Assembly: GCA_951406725.2 (NCBI GenBank)
Contig: OX597821.1
Span: forward strand, 10,664,001 to 10,728,000
Direction of reading: 5' to 3'
From: Octopus vulgaris
Taxonomy: Eukaryota
DNA: 64,000 bases
The notes below the pieces were generated by a model. That model was not told the origin of the DNA and searched no databases. It saw nothing but the letters and a program-made list of their open reading frames with translations. The first letter of the stretch is position 1. Each line of letters opens with the position of its first letter. Shown here one piece after another: positions 39,881 to 54,969 of this stretch. The position numbers and the translations under genes were made by a program.

Positions 39881-40184
39881 TATAAAAATATATGAATACT
39901 AAAAAATACATGGAGATATAGATATATAGATGTATAAGCATAATAATAATAGAATACAGATAAAAAATAATCGTGGAAAGTAGAAAACAAAAACGCTTAT
40001 AAAATAATTTAAAATATGGTATAGTAATAGCCATTAAAAAGAGTTTTGGCCTACATGTTAGAAGACATACAGTGTTCCGACGGTCATTTCTGGAGCTCAT
40101 TCGTCCGAATTACTGAAGAAACTTAAGATTCATTTTAAGAGAATGCTCCGTTCATCAAATATATATAATCATTATAGTAATTAA

Positions 40185-40375
40185 GAAAGGGAGCTAGTAA
40201 TACCTTTTCCACTCCAGACAAGTGCTATAGTAGCAGTTCGTCCACTTTTACTTTCTGAGCCGATGTCAAAGTTGCCTTTCTATATTTCTGGATTGATAAT
40301 AGAAGTACTAAGGTCAATGCAATCGACTTCCACACTCCTCAAAAGATTACTGTCCCTGTGTCATGATTTGAAACT
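40185..40375 (+). mobile_element. Ancient SINE relic
   Basis: Degenerate core TTGCCTTTC...GATAATAGAAGTAC...GCAATCGACT, similar to 41530-41710. Confidence 0.5.
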
Positions 40376-40380
40376 GTTAC

Positions 40381-41288
<908 letters not shown>

Positions 41289-41304
41289 ATTATTAATATT
41301 ATTA

Positions 41305-41341
<37 letters not shown>

Positions 41342-41436
41342 TACTATTATTATTATTATTATTAATATTATTATTATTATTATTATTGTTGTTGTTGTAG
41401 TTGTTGTTGTTGTTGGTGTTGGTGTTGTTATTGTTG

Positions 41437-41519
<83 letters not shown>

Positions 41520-41529
41520 TTTATTATAA

Positions 41530-41710
41530 CAAAGTCGGCGAGATTGCAGAATATTTTCAGCACTGGAGAAAATGATACAGTCATTTCTTCTGCCTTTACC
41601 TTTCATTTTACTGGGTCGATAAAATTAGTACAAATGGAACACCGAGTTCAATATAATCAGTATGCCCCCTTCCCCTTAATTACAGTGCTTCTCCGATTAC
41701 TAGATAACAC
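41530..41710 (+). mobile_element. Ancient SINE relic
   Basis: GGCGAGATTGCAGAAT head remnant and CCTTTCATTTTACTGGGTCGATAAAATTAGTAC core. Confidence 0.55.
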
Positions 41711-42230
41711 TGTTATCATCATCGCTTGTATATACCATTTATAAATAATTAGCCTAGTTCTTCAGATTCCTCAACTCATTATTTCGGTATATTAATTACT
41801 ATCGCCCGCAATCCTGTATCTATCCTAAATGTTCAATTATTTTTCAGTCTTACGCAAAATTTGATTTTAACTTTGTTATATATACGTGTGCAGATACGTT
41901 TACATTCATCTACATATGCTTGAGTGTGTGTATGTGTGTGTTTGTATGGGCCTGTATATCTATGTGTTTGTATGTGCGCACATACTGTGAGTAGAGGGAG
42001 GGAGAGAAGAAAGTGAGTGGAAGATATGTTGAAATTAGAATTAATAATTACTTTCATTCAGTTGGCTTTCTATCAGAAGCATTCAGTTTTGCCATTGGCT
42101 TTAGGAATATATTTTTCATTATATGTCAAAGTTAATATCCTTCAAATTAAAAGCTTAAATAAATGAAATCCAGAATAATTCAAGCAGTAAATTTACGACC
42201 ATTCAAATTTGAGTGATATACGTTCGAAAT

Positions 42231-42524
42231 GTGGAGGCGCAATGACCTAGTGGTTAGGGCAGCGGACTCGCGGTCGTAGGATCGCGGTTTCGATTCCCAG
42301 ACCGGGCGTTGTGAGTTTTTATTGAGCGAAAACACCTAAAAGCTCCACGAGGGTCCCGGTAGGGGGTGGTGATCCCTGCTGGACTCTTTCACCACTCTTT
42401 ATTCTGTTGGCCTGCTCGCATAGCCAGCGGGGTGGCGTCATTCGAAGGCTAAAACAATGCGAACGCATTGTGACCAGCGATGTGTAACTACATCTGATGG
42501 ACTGGTCGGTCACGTGGTAACGTG
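42231..42524 (+). mobile_element. tRNA(Arg)-like SINE family 2, tail type B
   Basis: Same head as 35852; 11-bp TSD ACGTTCGAAAT (42220-42230, 42525-42535). Confidence 0.93.
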
Positions 42525-43920
42525 ACGTTCGAAATACATCATGAAAGTGTGCTCCAAGCCAAACAACATATAGTTTTAATTTGATAGATTATTAATAGCA
42601 AAATATCTCAGTGATAATACTGAAGAAACAGGATGTGGCGGGTGAAATTTAGCAGTACACTAGATCTCGTTGACGTTTCGGCCAGTGAGTTATTTAAAAA
42701 ATTTCGTCTTTCTGTTCTTTACTGTATTGCGATGCACAACTCATCACCGCCATTTGTGTTGCTTGCCAATCTTGCACAGTTCTACAAATCCGAAAATTAC
42801 ACACTTCTTCCATGCGCCTAAGCACAAACAACAAGTACTGCTCTTTTCCCAAGTCGCGTTTTGTAGGTTAATTTTGTATTTAGTACTGAGGTCCAATACA
42901 CGTTTATGGCATCCTACCATATCAGCTAATATACTACTTGCACGAACATCACTTCTAATTTTTCACCAATACTTGACACTAACTTTTAAATACAAAAACT
43001 TTTCTTCGCTTAAAACTCTAATGTCACTAAAACCGCTCTCCTGTACAGCGCAAATCAACCACGAAAGAGGGTTCCATTGGCTGAGTAGTCTGTACAATCA
43101 CTTACTAACTGGATTAGAAATCTGTGACAGTCACTCCACAAAACTGGTACGTAGATCCACGAATAATCTCGTGCGAATATCACCTTAATTTCGATCTTCA
43201 CTTTATAGTGTTGATTTCTCTTCAATTGTGCTTTAAACGATTTTAGGCTTATAATAACAATTACAAGTTTAAAGGTATTTGCTTAGAGTAAGAGACTTTG
43301 CCACATCATAGAATCAAGCATAGAATCTAACCACAAAATTTGATGCATCCTTCAATTTTAAATACTTTTGAAACGGTTGGAAATAATATACCTGGCATAG
43401 CTTAAAGGTTGATTTCAAAAATCTAATAGTATCCAGCTATTGATTTGCCGATAGTAGAGTAATATTAGAGTTTTAACAGCATGGAAATGCTTCCCAGAAA
43501 TTAGAGATCGATACCAGTACTAAATAATTAATACAGCATTATAAGTATGGTCTGACTAGAGAGTGGAAATAAAAGCGGAATATTATTATAATAGTATGAG
43601 CATGAACCTTATTCTCAGAATGAATGGACGAGCACAAATGATTGAAACGTTCCGCGTTTATCTTATAAAATTTTAATTTTCCATTTGTGAACACTTATTT
43701 TTTAATAAAATCATTGATATTATTTTGGGAAGGTTTATTAATGCATACGCCATCAATAATGATAAATATTTCATTTGTTGTTGTGAACTAGAAATAAGGG
43801 TTAATGTGCGTGTATTTATATGTGCATGTGTGTATGCTTTTGTCGTTGCTGTGTATACGGATATCTCTGAACGCGTGCGATTCTGTTACTTCTCTCAGGA
43901 TTAGTTACTACAATTACTGT

Positions 43921-44224
43921 TGTTTGTTATTCCTCGAGCTACGCCTGGCTCATAGGGCCGTTTTCCCAGTTACCTTGGCGTATAGGTTCCCCACCTAGAC
44001 GGGACGCCGGTCCGTTGCAGGAGAGCTGCAAAGATGCAGGAGGAAAGAGTGAGAGAAAGTTGTAGCGAAAGAGTTAGCAGAGGTTCGCCACTACCTTCTG
44101 CCGTAGCCCCGTATGGCATAGGTGTTTCGCTCATAAACACACACATCGCCCGGTCTGAGATGCGAACCTACGATCCCTCCACCACGAGTCCGCTGCTCTA
44201 ACCACTAGGCCATGTGCCTCCACG
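43921..44224 (-). mobile_element. tRNA(Arg)-like SINE family 2, tail type C
   Basis: Minus strand GTGGAGGCACATGGCCTAGTGGTTAGAGCAGCGGACTCG head; different 3' half; imperfect TSD AATTACTGTT/AATTAATGTT. Confidence 0.9.
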
Positions 44225-44429
44225 AAATTAATGTTACTTGCATCAACCATAATGGGATTTTATATATATATATATACATAATGGAAACTGCATTTGAAAT
44301 AGATATTTTCATAATTCGATTTAGAGAAAATGTATATGAAAACACAAAGCAATAAGTCTTAATTTTACTCAGGAAATCCTGAACGAATACAACAGGTATA
44401 TACAGACATACACACACACACACACACAC

Positions 44430-44533
<104 letters not shown>

Positions 44534-44551
44534 TTATATATGCATATATAA

Positions 44552-44680
<129 letters not shown>

Positions 44681-46304
44681 TTATGTATGTATATATGCAT
44701 GTATGTATCAGTATCTTTCATTTTACCTGGCATGAAAACCAAAACCAAATATGAGTCTATATTTCTACAACTTATTACTTTATTGAAGGAGCTGATAACC
44801 AGTCTCTTATCGTGTTAGAAATATCACCAAAATCAATTGTTGATGTGTGTTACCGGTTTGACAATTGCTTTAGTAACGATATTTCCCCATATATACAATT
44901 GTGAGTACTTAATTTTCTCTCTTTAAAAGAGCGTTTCCATCGTTACGTTTTATTTTCCATTGTTTAACCATGAAATAGATAATGTTTATCATTGCTCCAG
45001 TGGCAATAGATATAAAGATATGTATTAAAAGAAGGAAGAATTACAATTGGGAAATTATGAAACGTTATAATACGCGTATAATAGATTCCCCAGCGTAGAC
45101 GTGAAATTACCGTATGAAAATTAACCGAAAATGTTAGTTGATTTTTTATTTCTCCTTGTTCTATTTTGCAGCAGCAATCTTGTAATTAGTTAGTTAGTAA
45201 AGAAAAAATAATCTGTCAGATTCACTCCAAAATGTCGGCTAATTATACTTCAACGAAATTATTCAAACGCTAATGTTCATATAGATGTTAAATAAAATAT
45301 CGGCATTTTCTTGTCTTCTCTCTGATTGGTGCGCATAATCGCACAATTTTAAGAAGCAAGTAAATATAGTAATTGCTGATTTTTTGTCGTGGAAACAATC
45401 TTATCTATTATTTCATTTTGCATTTTGTGCCTATGTCTATCTTTTTCATTCTCTAATTTACTCGTCACTTAGCAAAATAACTTACTTTAGACCTAAGTGA
45501 TCTATATTTAACAGTTATTAAATTTGTGGAAATGTAAGAACCAAATAATTAGTTTCATGCTGGTACTGAGCGGAGCGGAGAATTTCAAGTTAATTTTTTA
45601 ACTGCTTTGCATGTGTGCATTTAGCTCCCCTCCCCTCAGACACCTTCTTGTTATCTGCAAATGTAAATGACAAAACAATACTAAAACAAACAATAATACA
45701 TTCTAGCCTCTTATTGTTGTCTTGATTTTGTAGGTTAATGAAGACTTCCAATCAATATGAACCAACACTAATGCATACTGATGGTAAATTAGATCATTTG
45801 GCGAAGGCAAACTTATCAATTATATTAATAGACTATTGAACATGTTGATTCTATAACATATACAATGTCTGCTTGGTTCTTTTTTTCCACTTGATGTTTC
45901 TTAGAAGCACAAAGGTAGAATGACTGAGAAGTTTAATTTGAAATAACGAGGTTCCGGTTTCAAACACGCTTCGCATGCTTTCAGGCAAATAATGTATAAA
46001 TTCGACACGAGTTGAATGATGTACTGTATCTGGGGTTTGATAGAAAAGTGTACCAAAGGCGTTCTGATGCCAGACCAATTGTACTGTAATTAAAGCTGCA
46101 ATATTTAGAGACTCATTGAGCCACGGCGATTACATCTAAGACTTCCAATAAGATTAAATGTGTGTCGAATTATCAGAGACTTAGCTAGTTGAATCCCCAT
46201 TTCAGTGAGATGCAACGCTCCATCGAACAAAGAGAACGACGAAGAATTCATCCATACACACACACTATATATGTACATACACACAAACACACGCACACTC
46301 ACAC

Positions 46305-46462
<158 letters not shown>

Positions 46463-46469
46463 TATATAA

Positions 46470-46538
<69 letters not shown>

Positions 46539-46641
46539 CATACATATATATATATATATACATATATACATATACATATATATATATATACATATATACA
46601 TATACATATATATATATATATACATATATATCTACATATAT

Positions 46642-46693
<52 letters not shown>

Positions 46694-46714
46694 TATATAC
46701 ATACATGTATATAT

Positions 46715-46765
<51 letters not shown>

Positions 46766-47949
46766 TAAATATTTATATATATATTTATATTACATGGACA
46801 GATTGTTCATTCTAACTTTCCGTTAATATTAATCCTTATCATTCCAACAATTTTACCAAAGCTAACATTAGTATATTCTCTTATCAATTTTCAAGACTTC
46901 TTGCCAACATTCTACTGTCTTCTCAATACATAAGCATTAGAAATCCTCTAGCGTTAACTAAGTAGAATTATTCAACGAGCCATGAATACCGCCTCCCACA
47001 TCTGTTGAAACGATCCGCAGACTATTCGATAGCGGCAGAAACGTTGGTAATCTAAAGTTACCTAATCAGGATTATTGGATGGTAGAAATCCCATCACCAC
47101 CACCAATTATGCACGTGGAGTGCGTTTCTGGTCGAAATAGCGTTGTGGATTGGTTGGGGTCGAACATTGTTTGGTTGAAGAAGCACAACTTGCTGTTTCG
47201 AACATATTAGATAGATTGACTCTTTGAAAAAGCGCATTTGTTGAACTTAAAGCTCATCGTTGGTTTCTTCAGGCATTTCCTTGCATGTGAGGCCTTCCCA
47301 ATCACATTAAATTGCAGCTTGTCTTGTACGGATTCTCCTCTGGCTTGGTGCGAATATTTTCTTTTCTAATTTTTATTTTTCTTGTCGGAAAGCTAATATT
47401 ATTTCCTCTGCTTCAGTTCCATGTAATGACAAAGTTTTCGTTGCTGTTGACAACGCGGCAAAGAAATCTGTGTTTGTCCAGTGAAACTTAATACCGAACA
47501 AGCAAACGTGTGATACTGGAGGAGCGTTGGACTTTGTAACCTTCATTCAGAATATAAAGCAGGTATTTATCGAGATCTGGGCTTTAGCAATGCAATGAAT
47601 GTGGCTGGCACTGGAATCATGAGAACATCCCATCTTCTGGGACAACTTTCACGTTGGTTGTCGCACGTGCTCTCATATAAGATTCGATAAATCTGTATTG
47701 AAATAAACAAGCCAGTTGGAATGCTTGTTTTTTATCTATTTGCTCAATTTTTATCTTTTTGCCGTTCCAGTCAGTCATCTGATATGGCATGAATTTATTC
47801 AAATTTGAAAAGCAATAACCAAATGTAGTAGAGGCCGAATAGAACGAAAACTACAACACTACAATATTAATATTGCCTATCACATTCCAAATAATATAAG
47901 AAAGAAACTCACTAATTAATCTGCCAACTCGTATCCGTTAACACTAAGC

Positions 47950-48325
47950 ATTTATCGGAGAAACATTGGCCGCTCGAAGCTGAGGTACAGTGACGTGTGC
48001 AGGAGGGATATGAAGTCACTTGGCATCAACACCAATTCCTGGGAGGATCTCGCAGCCGACCGAACCAGCTGGAGAGGCACTCTTCACAAACAATTGCAGA
48101 CCAGTGAAGAGAATTTGAGGGTGGCTGAAAACCGAGCCCACAGAAAAGAAATGACAGCCAACAGACCGGGTTCAACGTATAGGTGTGACCTCTGCAAACG
48201 AGACTACCACTCTCGCATCAGTCTCTATAGCCACAGGAGGCGTTGCAAAAACTGAATAGACAACTCAACGGCTGGATGACATCATCCATTGTCAGCCATG
48301 ACCGACGGAGGCCCTAATAAATAAT
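47950..48325 (+). mobile_element. RTE-clade LINE 3' end
   Basis: RNIGRSKLRYSDVCRRDMKSLGINTNSWEDLAADRTSWR and a terminal C2H2-like CDLCKRDYHSRISLYSHRRRC; short 3' UTR ending GACCGACGGAGGCC followed by TAA repeats. Confidence 0.9.
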
Positions 48326-49340
48326 ACTAAGTAAAATTCTTAATGTGTAGTTTGTAATTGAACTGATGTTGCACATCTTACATTAAACTATTACTAGCTT
48401 TACGAGAGCCTCTCAATAAGCTGTTATTTAAGCTGTTGATTAGCTCTACGTAGCTACGATAAAGCATTGCTACGAAGTGGAGTGCAGGCCTAGAACCATA
48501 ATTTTACCATATTCTGTAAACAGTGAACTGCAATATCTAAGGTGTCCTCCTCGTTGAAGCCGAGTTTTAATGAGATGTATCTATTATTTGTGGAGGGTAG
48601 GAGGGTAACAGTCATTCACTTCATTCTGGGAACATTAATGCTGTTTAGTATATACATGTATATGTACAACTCAAAATGTGCAAGCCATTTATTTGTTGAT
48701 ACTTGCTTGTACTTCTAACCTCAGATCAATCTGACAAAGCGGACTGAAGATATGGTTTGGGGTAATATTGTTTCTAGGCTTATAGATTGAAGCGTAATTA
48801 GTGGTTCATCAATTATATTAGATGGATGAATGACATTCATTCATGTTAATCAGTGAAGCAAAATATTTCAAAGAAAAAGTGTTGTAATTATACATACAGA
48901 TTTATGAGCTTAAAATACGAACAAATGATATTTAAACGAATATATCAGAGTTGCCCATTCAAAAACACAGAGCATTATGAAAGTTTTGTTTTTTAGACAG
49001 AGGCGGACAATAATGGCATAGGACTTACTGCAGAAAATATTTATGAAATAGATGATAAAACACGAGATCTTTTAGGGACACTGAATAATGAAATACAGTA
49101 GGCGCTGTTTTGAACGACCTACATATGATGTCGAGGCAAACATAAATTTCGGTTCTCGAATTACGCTCACAGAAGCCTCATCGACACTATTTTGAACAAA
49201 ATAGAGGCACTTCACTATCTAAAGAAACTCCAGTATGAACAAACATGATAGCAATCTTAATGAAGCGAACAATCTCTTCTGCGCCAATGCGTTTATGTCA
49301 GTTTCGATGGGTTCTCCGCGAGTTTGAATAGCTCACAGTA

Positions 49341-49381
<41 letters not shown>

Positions 49382-49604
49382 AGAGGAGAGAGACAGAGAA
49401 AGAAAAGAGAAAATATAATTTTGTTTTACAGAATTTAAGAGTATAATAGAGCCATGATGATAATTATATAACATTTTGTAGAAAATGATGTTTCGCTCGT
49501 CAACATATTTGAAATAAGGACCAGTTTAACACTGTTCATCAAACTGACAGTTCAAAAAGATATGTTGCTAGGGGGAAACATATATATATATATATATATA
49601 TATA

Positions 49605-50992
49605 CTAGCATTAAAGACCCATCGTTGCCGGGTCATAGTGCATGTGCATGTATATATGTGTATATATATGTGTACATATTACATGTACATCTATATATAT
49701 ATACATTTATACATAAAATACAAAATACAAAGTTATATCTTGATATCGCTAGTGATAACAATACTCAAAATATATAACTGACAGGAATTGTAGGCCCGTC
49801 TCTTGCAAGTTCAATCAATTGTATCTTGTCCCCCCTCTTGTATAGAAGTGTGGCTACAATCCAGCCTACCTCTACTTCGGGGTGGGGGATTTTAAATTTT
49901 TATCTGGGACGTAGGTAAAAATAAAATATTTCCACTTTGCATGTTTCGAGTCAAGTACTCCCTTGCACGCTCCGTTGACTCGAACCTTGTTTCTATTGCG
50001 GCGAATTTACCGCCTCTGGTTAGATATCTTTCATATTCACACCAAGACACTTTTCGATGGTGCTTTCCTCCAGGTGTTCAAATTTTTTTTTTTCTCTACA
50101 TTGTATACTTTATAGACCATAGTCTTTTCTTTAATTTGATTTTTTATTTCGTTTGTCGGTGATCAATCAGAAATAGGTTTGTATTCCTTCCATTTTAATT
50201 TTAATGAGTTCGCGCCCGCTGACGGCTGCAGTGAAATTCAATTTTGGACTTTCTTCTATCGAAGGCATCCTAACAAAGATGCTTCCGTGTAAACGGTGAA
50301 AATATTGTCAATTTCCCCAAACAGGGACACAATTCAATTTTTAAACAATAATCAAAGCTCCTTCTCCCAAAGGGGAGGGTTACAGTTTACAATTATTTAA
50401 CAAATGCAAAACAACAACGTTTCCCTTAGGAGAAACCAACAAACGTGATAACAATAGTTAAACAGTAATAATAATAACAACAAACCTTACGTTGAACCAA
50501 AAAGCAGTACGCAATTAAAGCTATAGTCCTTTATGTATAATTGTCCATCTGGATTTTATTTTTAATTTATTCCCATTCATGTGAAACCACTTATTCAATT
50601 TCAAGTCATTGACGCAATTTTATACAAATTGCTATTTTTACTTATGTTATGTTACGATTATATTATACTTTAGTTTGATTTTAATTATTACTTACTACAT
50701 ATAATTCAATTGTTATTATTATCTCTAATGTTTATTGTTAAAGCGAAAGTATCTGACATAAAATAGAGAAATGTTTTTGTTTCACTTTTAACACGTAATA
50801 CTGAAGCTGTGGAGAAGAAATTGCAATGGGCTCGCCCTAGGCAAGAAGTTGAGTATTTTTTTGCCCATGAAACTACATGGACCCTAAATAAGGCATGTGT
50901 AAAATTTGAATGAAATTGGTTGTGTAGTTCTAAAGTTTTAGGGGAACACACTGACAGACAGACACACATTCTCAGTTTTATATATATAGAGA
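49605..50992 (-). mobile_element. Non-autonomous Helitron, both termini intact
   Basis: Minus strand A|TCTCTATATATATAAAACTGAGAATGTGTGTCTGTCTGTC ... GACCCGGCAACGATGGGTC hairpin, TTTAATG, CTAG|T. Confidence 0.85.
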
Positions 50993-51189
50993 TATATACA
51001 TTGCTAAGGGAGATAATACTACATTCATTTGTTTTACAGTAAAGGGGAGATAATCTGTAATTTGTATTATTTTTTATGTTCTCTACTTTATTCTGGCTTA
51101 CATCACACATTTGATGAAGTAAGTCTTGCTTTTAAGAGGGGTTCATATTTAATTCTCGTTTGTATTTTTCGATAAATGAGGCTTCTTTA

Positions 51190-51670
51190 GTTACTCTTAC
51201 TAGCGTTCAGATCCAGAAGGCAAGTTGATACAATGGGAAAATTACGAACTGTGGTTGTAATCGTTCTGCACATACATGAATGTGTTGACTGAGGTATTTT
51301 GGGCGATATTCTGGGGAATTTCCTGTTAAGCCAATATAGTTTTGATGTCAGACTAATATCTAGGAAAGACGCGGATATGCGATTACCCCCTCCTCCATAT
51401 CTTGGGAGTGCAACCTCCCAGGTGTTCATAGCTTCAATCTAATTCCGTCCGTTTAATTTCGACTTAAGTATCAGTCTCATTCTCTGCAAGTACACCACAC
51501 TAAAATTTTCTGCCATTTCTTTCCCCATCCATTTTTCCATTTCTAATATACACAAATACTTATAACACGTCTCATCTATCTGCTTCATAACCTCCTCCGA
51601 CAGTATCGTTAGTCCGCCCATACATTTGAATTTGCCTCCCTTCAAGGCACCACACATTTTCAGTCCCGAC
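51190..51670 (-). mobile_element. Dong/R4-type RT fragment
   Basis: GLKMCGALKGGK...YKYLCILE...YLQRMRLILKSKLNGRN then MNTW and LPRYGGG, typical of the post-RT region of R4/Dong elements. Confidence 0.8.
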
Positions 51671-51747
51671 TCCAAAACAACGTATATGATAACACTTGCA
51701 GTGAGTTAAGATCAGAAGCCATGGGATCCACTGTCTTATTATCATCA

Positions 51748-51813
<66 letters not shown>

Positions 51814-52459
51814 GTGGAAAGCGTTTGATTTGGCGTATTCTTCTTACAAAAACAGAACTCATTGAAATATCAATTGCGTTGTACGGTGGATCGGGGAGTG
51901 GGACATCGTTGGCACATCGGCAGAGATTTTCTACGGTATATGTTCTGCTCTCTACATTATGAAATCCACTAAGATATGCCTAGAGAGCGCAACGGAAAGC
52001 CACACCAGTTTTCATCTCAAGTCTAGCCAAAATAGGTAAACGTTCAGCAATCTATTTCATGGCAGCTAGAAAGAGTTTGAACCCTCACAACAGGTATTGG
52101 AGAAGGTTCGTATGCCCAAAACCTGCCGAAGTGCAGACCTCCCATGGAATGGACGCATACATGCATACATGCGTAGACACATACATATACATATGTGTGT
52201 GAGTGTGTGCGGACGCCTGTATATATGTATGTATCTGTATGTATGTGTGTATGTTTGTGATATATGTATGTGTGCTTCCAAAACATAAGCAGTGATCAGG
52301 TAGAATATTGAATACAATTATTATTAACTTGCTGACGTTCATTATGCAAGTCGTCGTGTAACAAGCACTTCTCGGCATAGCTAATCTACAGGCTAAGTCC
52401 TCATTATGAAGTCTCCATTGTTACAGAAGTAAACAAATTCTCTACACCCTAACAACCAA

Positions 52460-53915
52460 CGAATGGTCAGCCGAACAGAATAAATAGAAAAAAATCAGAA
52501 AGAAAATAAAATTGAAATAGAGTATAAAAGATGATCAAACGCGCACACGCACACACAACACACACACACACATATACACACACACACCTCCATTTCATAT
52601 ACATGTACATATATCTCACTTTCTCCTCTTTTTCACATTTTTCTCTCACTTCAAGGCAAATGATGCATTTTCATTTACGCTCTCTTGAAAGCATAAAGAA
52701 ATAGTAAAACTTACAGAAGGTAACAAAAAATCATATGATCCTATATGATCCACCATGTGATCGAGTGGATAACTTCGCCTCTTCAAACGAAACAACGCAA
52801 TAAAATAACTTCCTTTGGTACACACATACACTCCACGTGCACACACACACATACACACACACACACACACACATACAACACACACACACACTATAGATGA
52901 AACTTCAGTTCCGATTATGTTATTTCTTGCTGTGTTTACGCGCAAAATACAGCTCAAAGTCAATTGAAACGACTTTTTTTCTATTCTGTAATTCGTGTTT
53001 GTGAAGAGCGTATTTAAAAACATGATCTTTGATATAAGCTTAGAAGGAATTTTTTTCTAAAATCCTGTGCTGTACCTGTTGCTTCTAGCATGTCCGACAG
53101 GACATTTGCCCCACCTCCACCGTAACTACAGCTTCTTTTTGTCCTAAATTTCTTTCCATTTCTGTGTTTTTGATAACGGAAATTAGGATTTCGCCCGAAG
53201 AAACACGTTCCACCAATTTTCACTTTTTTTTACTCTTTTCCAATTTTTTTCTTGTTAATCCACGGAGAAAGAAACATAGTACGAATCTTTAAGAATTTTC
53301 TTCGTTTTTCGTCAAGAAACACTAAAATCTCCTCCCCAAACATCCACTCATCACCTCACAACATTCAAAAAGCTACAAACTCTCAATGTTTCCCTTTTAG
53401 CTTTTTAGAAAGCGTTGAGGTTTCTTCAGAAACAATGTCGTTTAGTTGTTTCTAGCATGTTGGATTTTTTGTAGTTTTTTTTTACGTCTGGTATTTCAGT
53501 ATAATTCACGCATGCGTGAGACATCAGATGAAAGTGAAACACTGGGAGGTTTTAGCTTTTTAAAAAGTGAGTAGGTGCTATGTCGGCGAGGTGGGAAAAC
53601 GGCATTGAGTGTTTCTTTAAAAACATTTAACTTTAAAAACTATATATATATTCCCAGATCCGTAATATTTGTATGTTTCTACGTGGATGAAAAACAATCA
53701 AAAAAATTTACAAACTAAGGATTTGCGGTGGGGCTAGTGGGAAATTAACATTTTGATAACGTTATTTCTGGGTAAAAATCCTATTAACCCCTTTTTATAC
53801 AATGAAAACATACATAGTTCGTGATCCTTCTTAAGAACAGGAAGCATTTTCATGTAAACCCATGGAAATTTTACCCTCACCTTTCATCTTTAAACAAACA
53901 AAATCTTCCATTACG
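52460..53915. mobile_element. Possible old Helitron-like element
   Basis: The right end (CATAGTTCGTGATCC...CATGTAAA...AAACAAACAAAATCTTCC) loosely resembles the Helitron ends at 39730-39880; termini not resolved. Confidence 0.3.
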
Positions 53916-54929
53916 ACAGTAATCCAGTTCACTATATATTAACTGTACCGATTCTGCCCATAATAAAGGAACAATACGATTTGCTGTAGATCATAAACCC
54001 GGGAAACACCGGGATGGATTGCTATGACGAATATCAGCGATTTATGAAATAATTACGTCTATCATTCTACAAGTTCCACTGCTTATACTTTTGGTGTTTT
54101 CATTCGCATTCTCAGCAGTGTTAGTTGCTAAACCATGAATTGTATAGAAATAATCATCTTATCGAAATTTCTTTTGGCTCCGATGCGAGAAAATCGTGTA
54201 ACATACGATGTTGATAAGTATTTCTTTTATGCTATACTATCCAATTCTTATTCCCTATATTAGATGCCTCTCGCTTGAAGTTTACTAACTTTCTACACGT
54301 GCATCCCTGATTATCACCTAGTGAAATTTGCTGTATGGATGTCAGAAACTTAGGTTGGGTATATCATTTAAGGATATCTCTTTACCGGTTAAAATGAATA
54401 TCTGAGTCTGTTGATTCACAGTACTAAGCAAATGATTCTCCCATTGATGTGGAAGGCTCTTCTATGAATTCTGATACCCGGAATCATGAAGTGTCTTCAA
54501 TAAATTTAGATCTAAGAAAAACTCATCTCTTAATGTTGATATGGATAAATTCTCAAACAAATAATCTTGATAAGAAATGTGGAATTCAAGTCCAGGAACT
54601 CTGCACTATACGTGAAGAATATTAATCCCTTTGAAAATTTCAGAAGCACTTTGGAAATCTGAACCATGCTGATAAAACTAAAAACCGGTAAAGTGTACCA
54701 GTGGATACATACCGGAAACTTATATTCAAACAACTACATAGGGAATACAAATATGTATTGGACTCCCCTTTAAGTAGTAAACTAAGTAAAATAAAATAAC
54801 TCGTGATTTAGCCTTCAAACTCGGTCTGGAAGACAGAACATACGAACCCACACCAACTCGACTCTTCTTGTAGAAGAAACAGCTCTAAGCTACTAAATTT
54901 CTCAAGATAATCGTTTATCCCCTCGTCAT

Positions 54930-54969
<40 letters not shown>

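Noticed and set aside
42670-43188. 172-aa ORF or hAT-like ESGFS motif on the opposite strand
   Set aside because: Non-ATG start, no recognisable domain, and the motif is too short to be significant.
46930-47620. Possible pogo/DDE transposase relic on the minus strand
   Set aside because: Only vague motif resemblance; needs BLASTx.
54300-54780. Possible PLE RT C-terminal relic (SAEFLDL)
   Set aside because: A single short motif with no supporting RT motifs.
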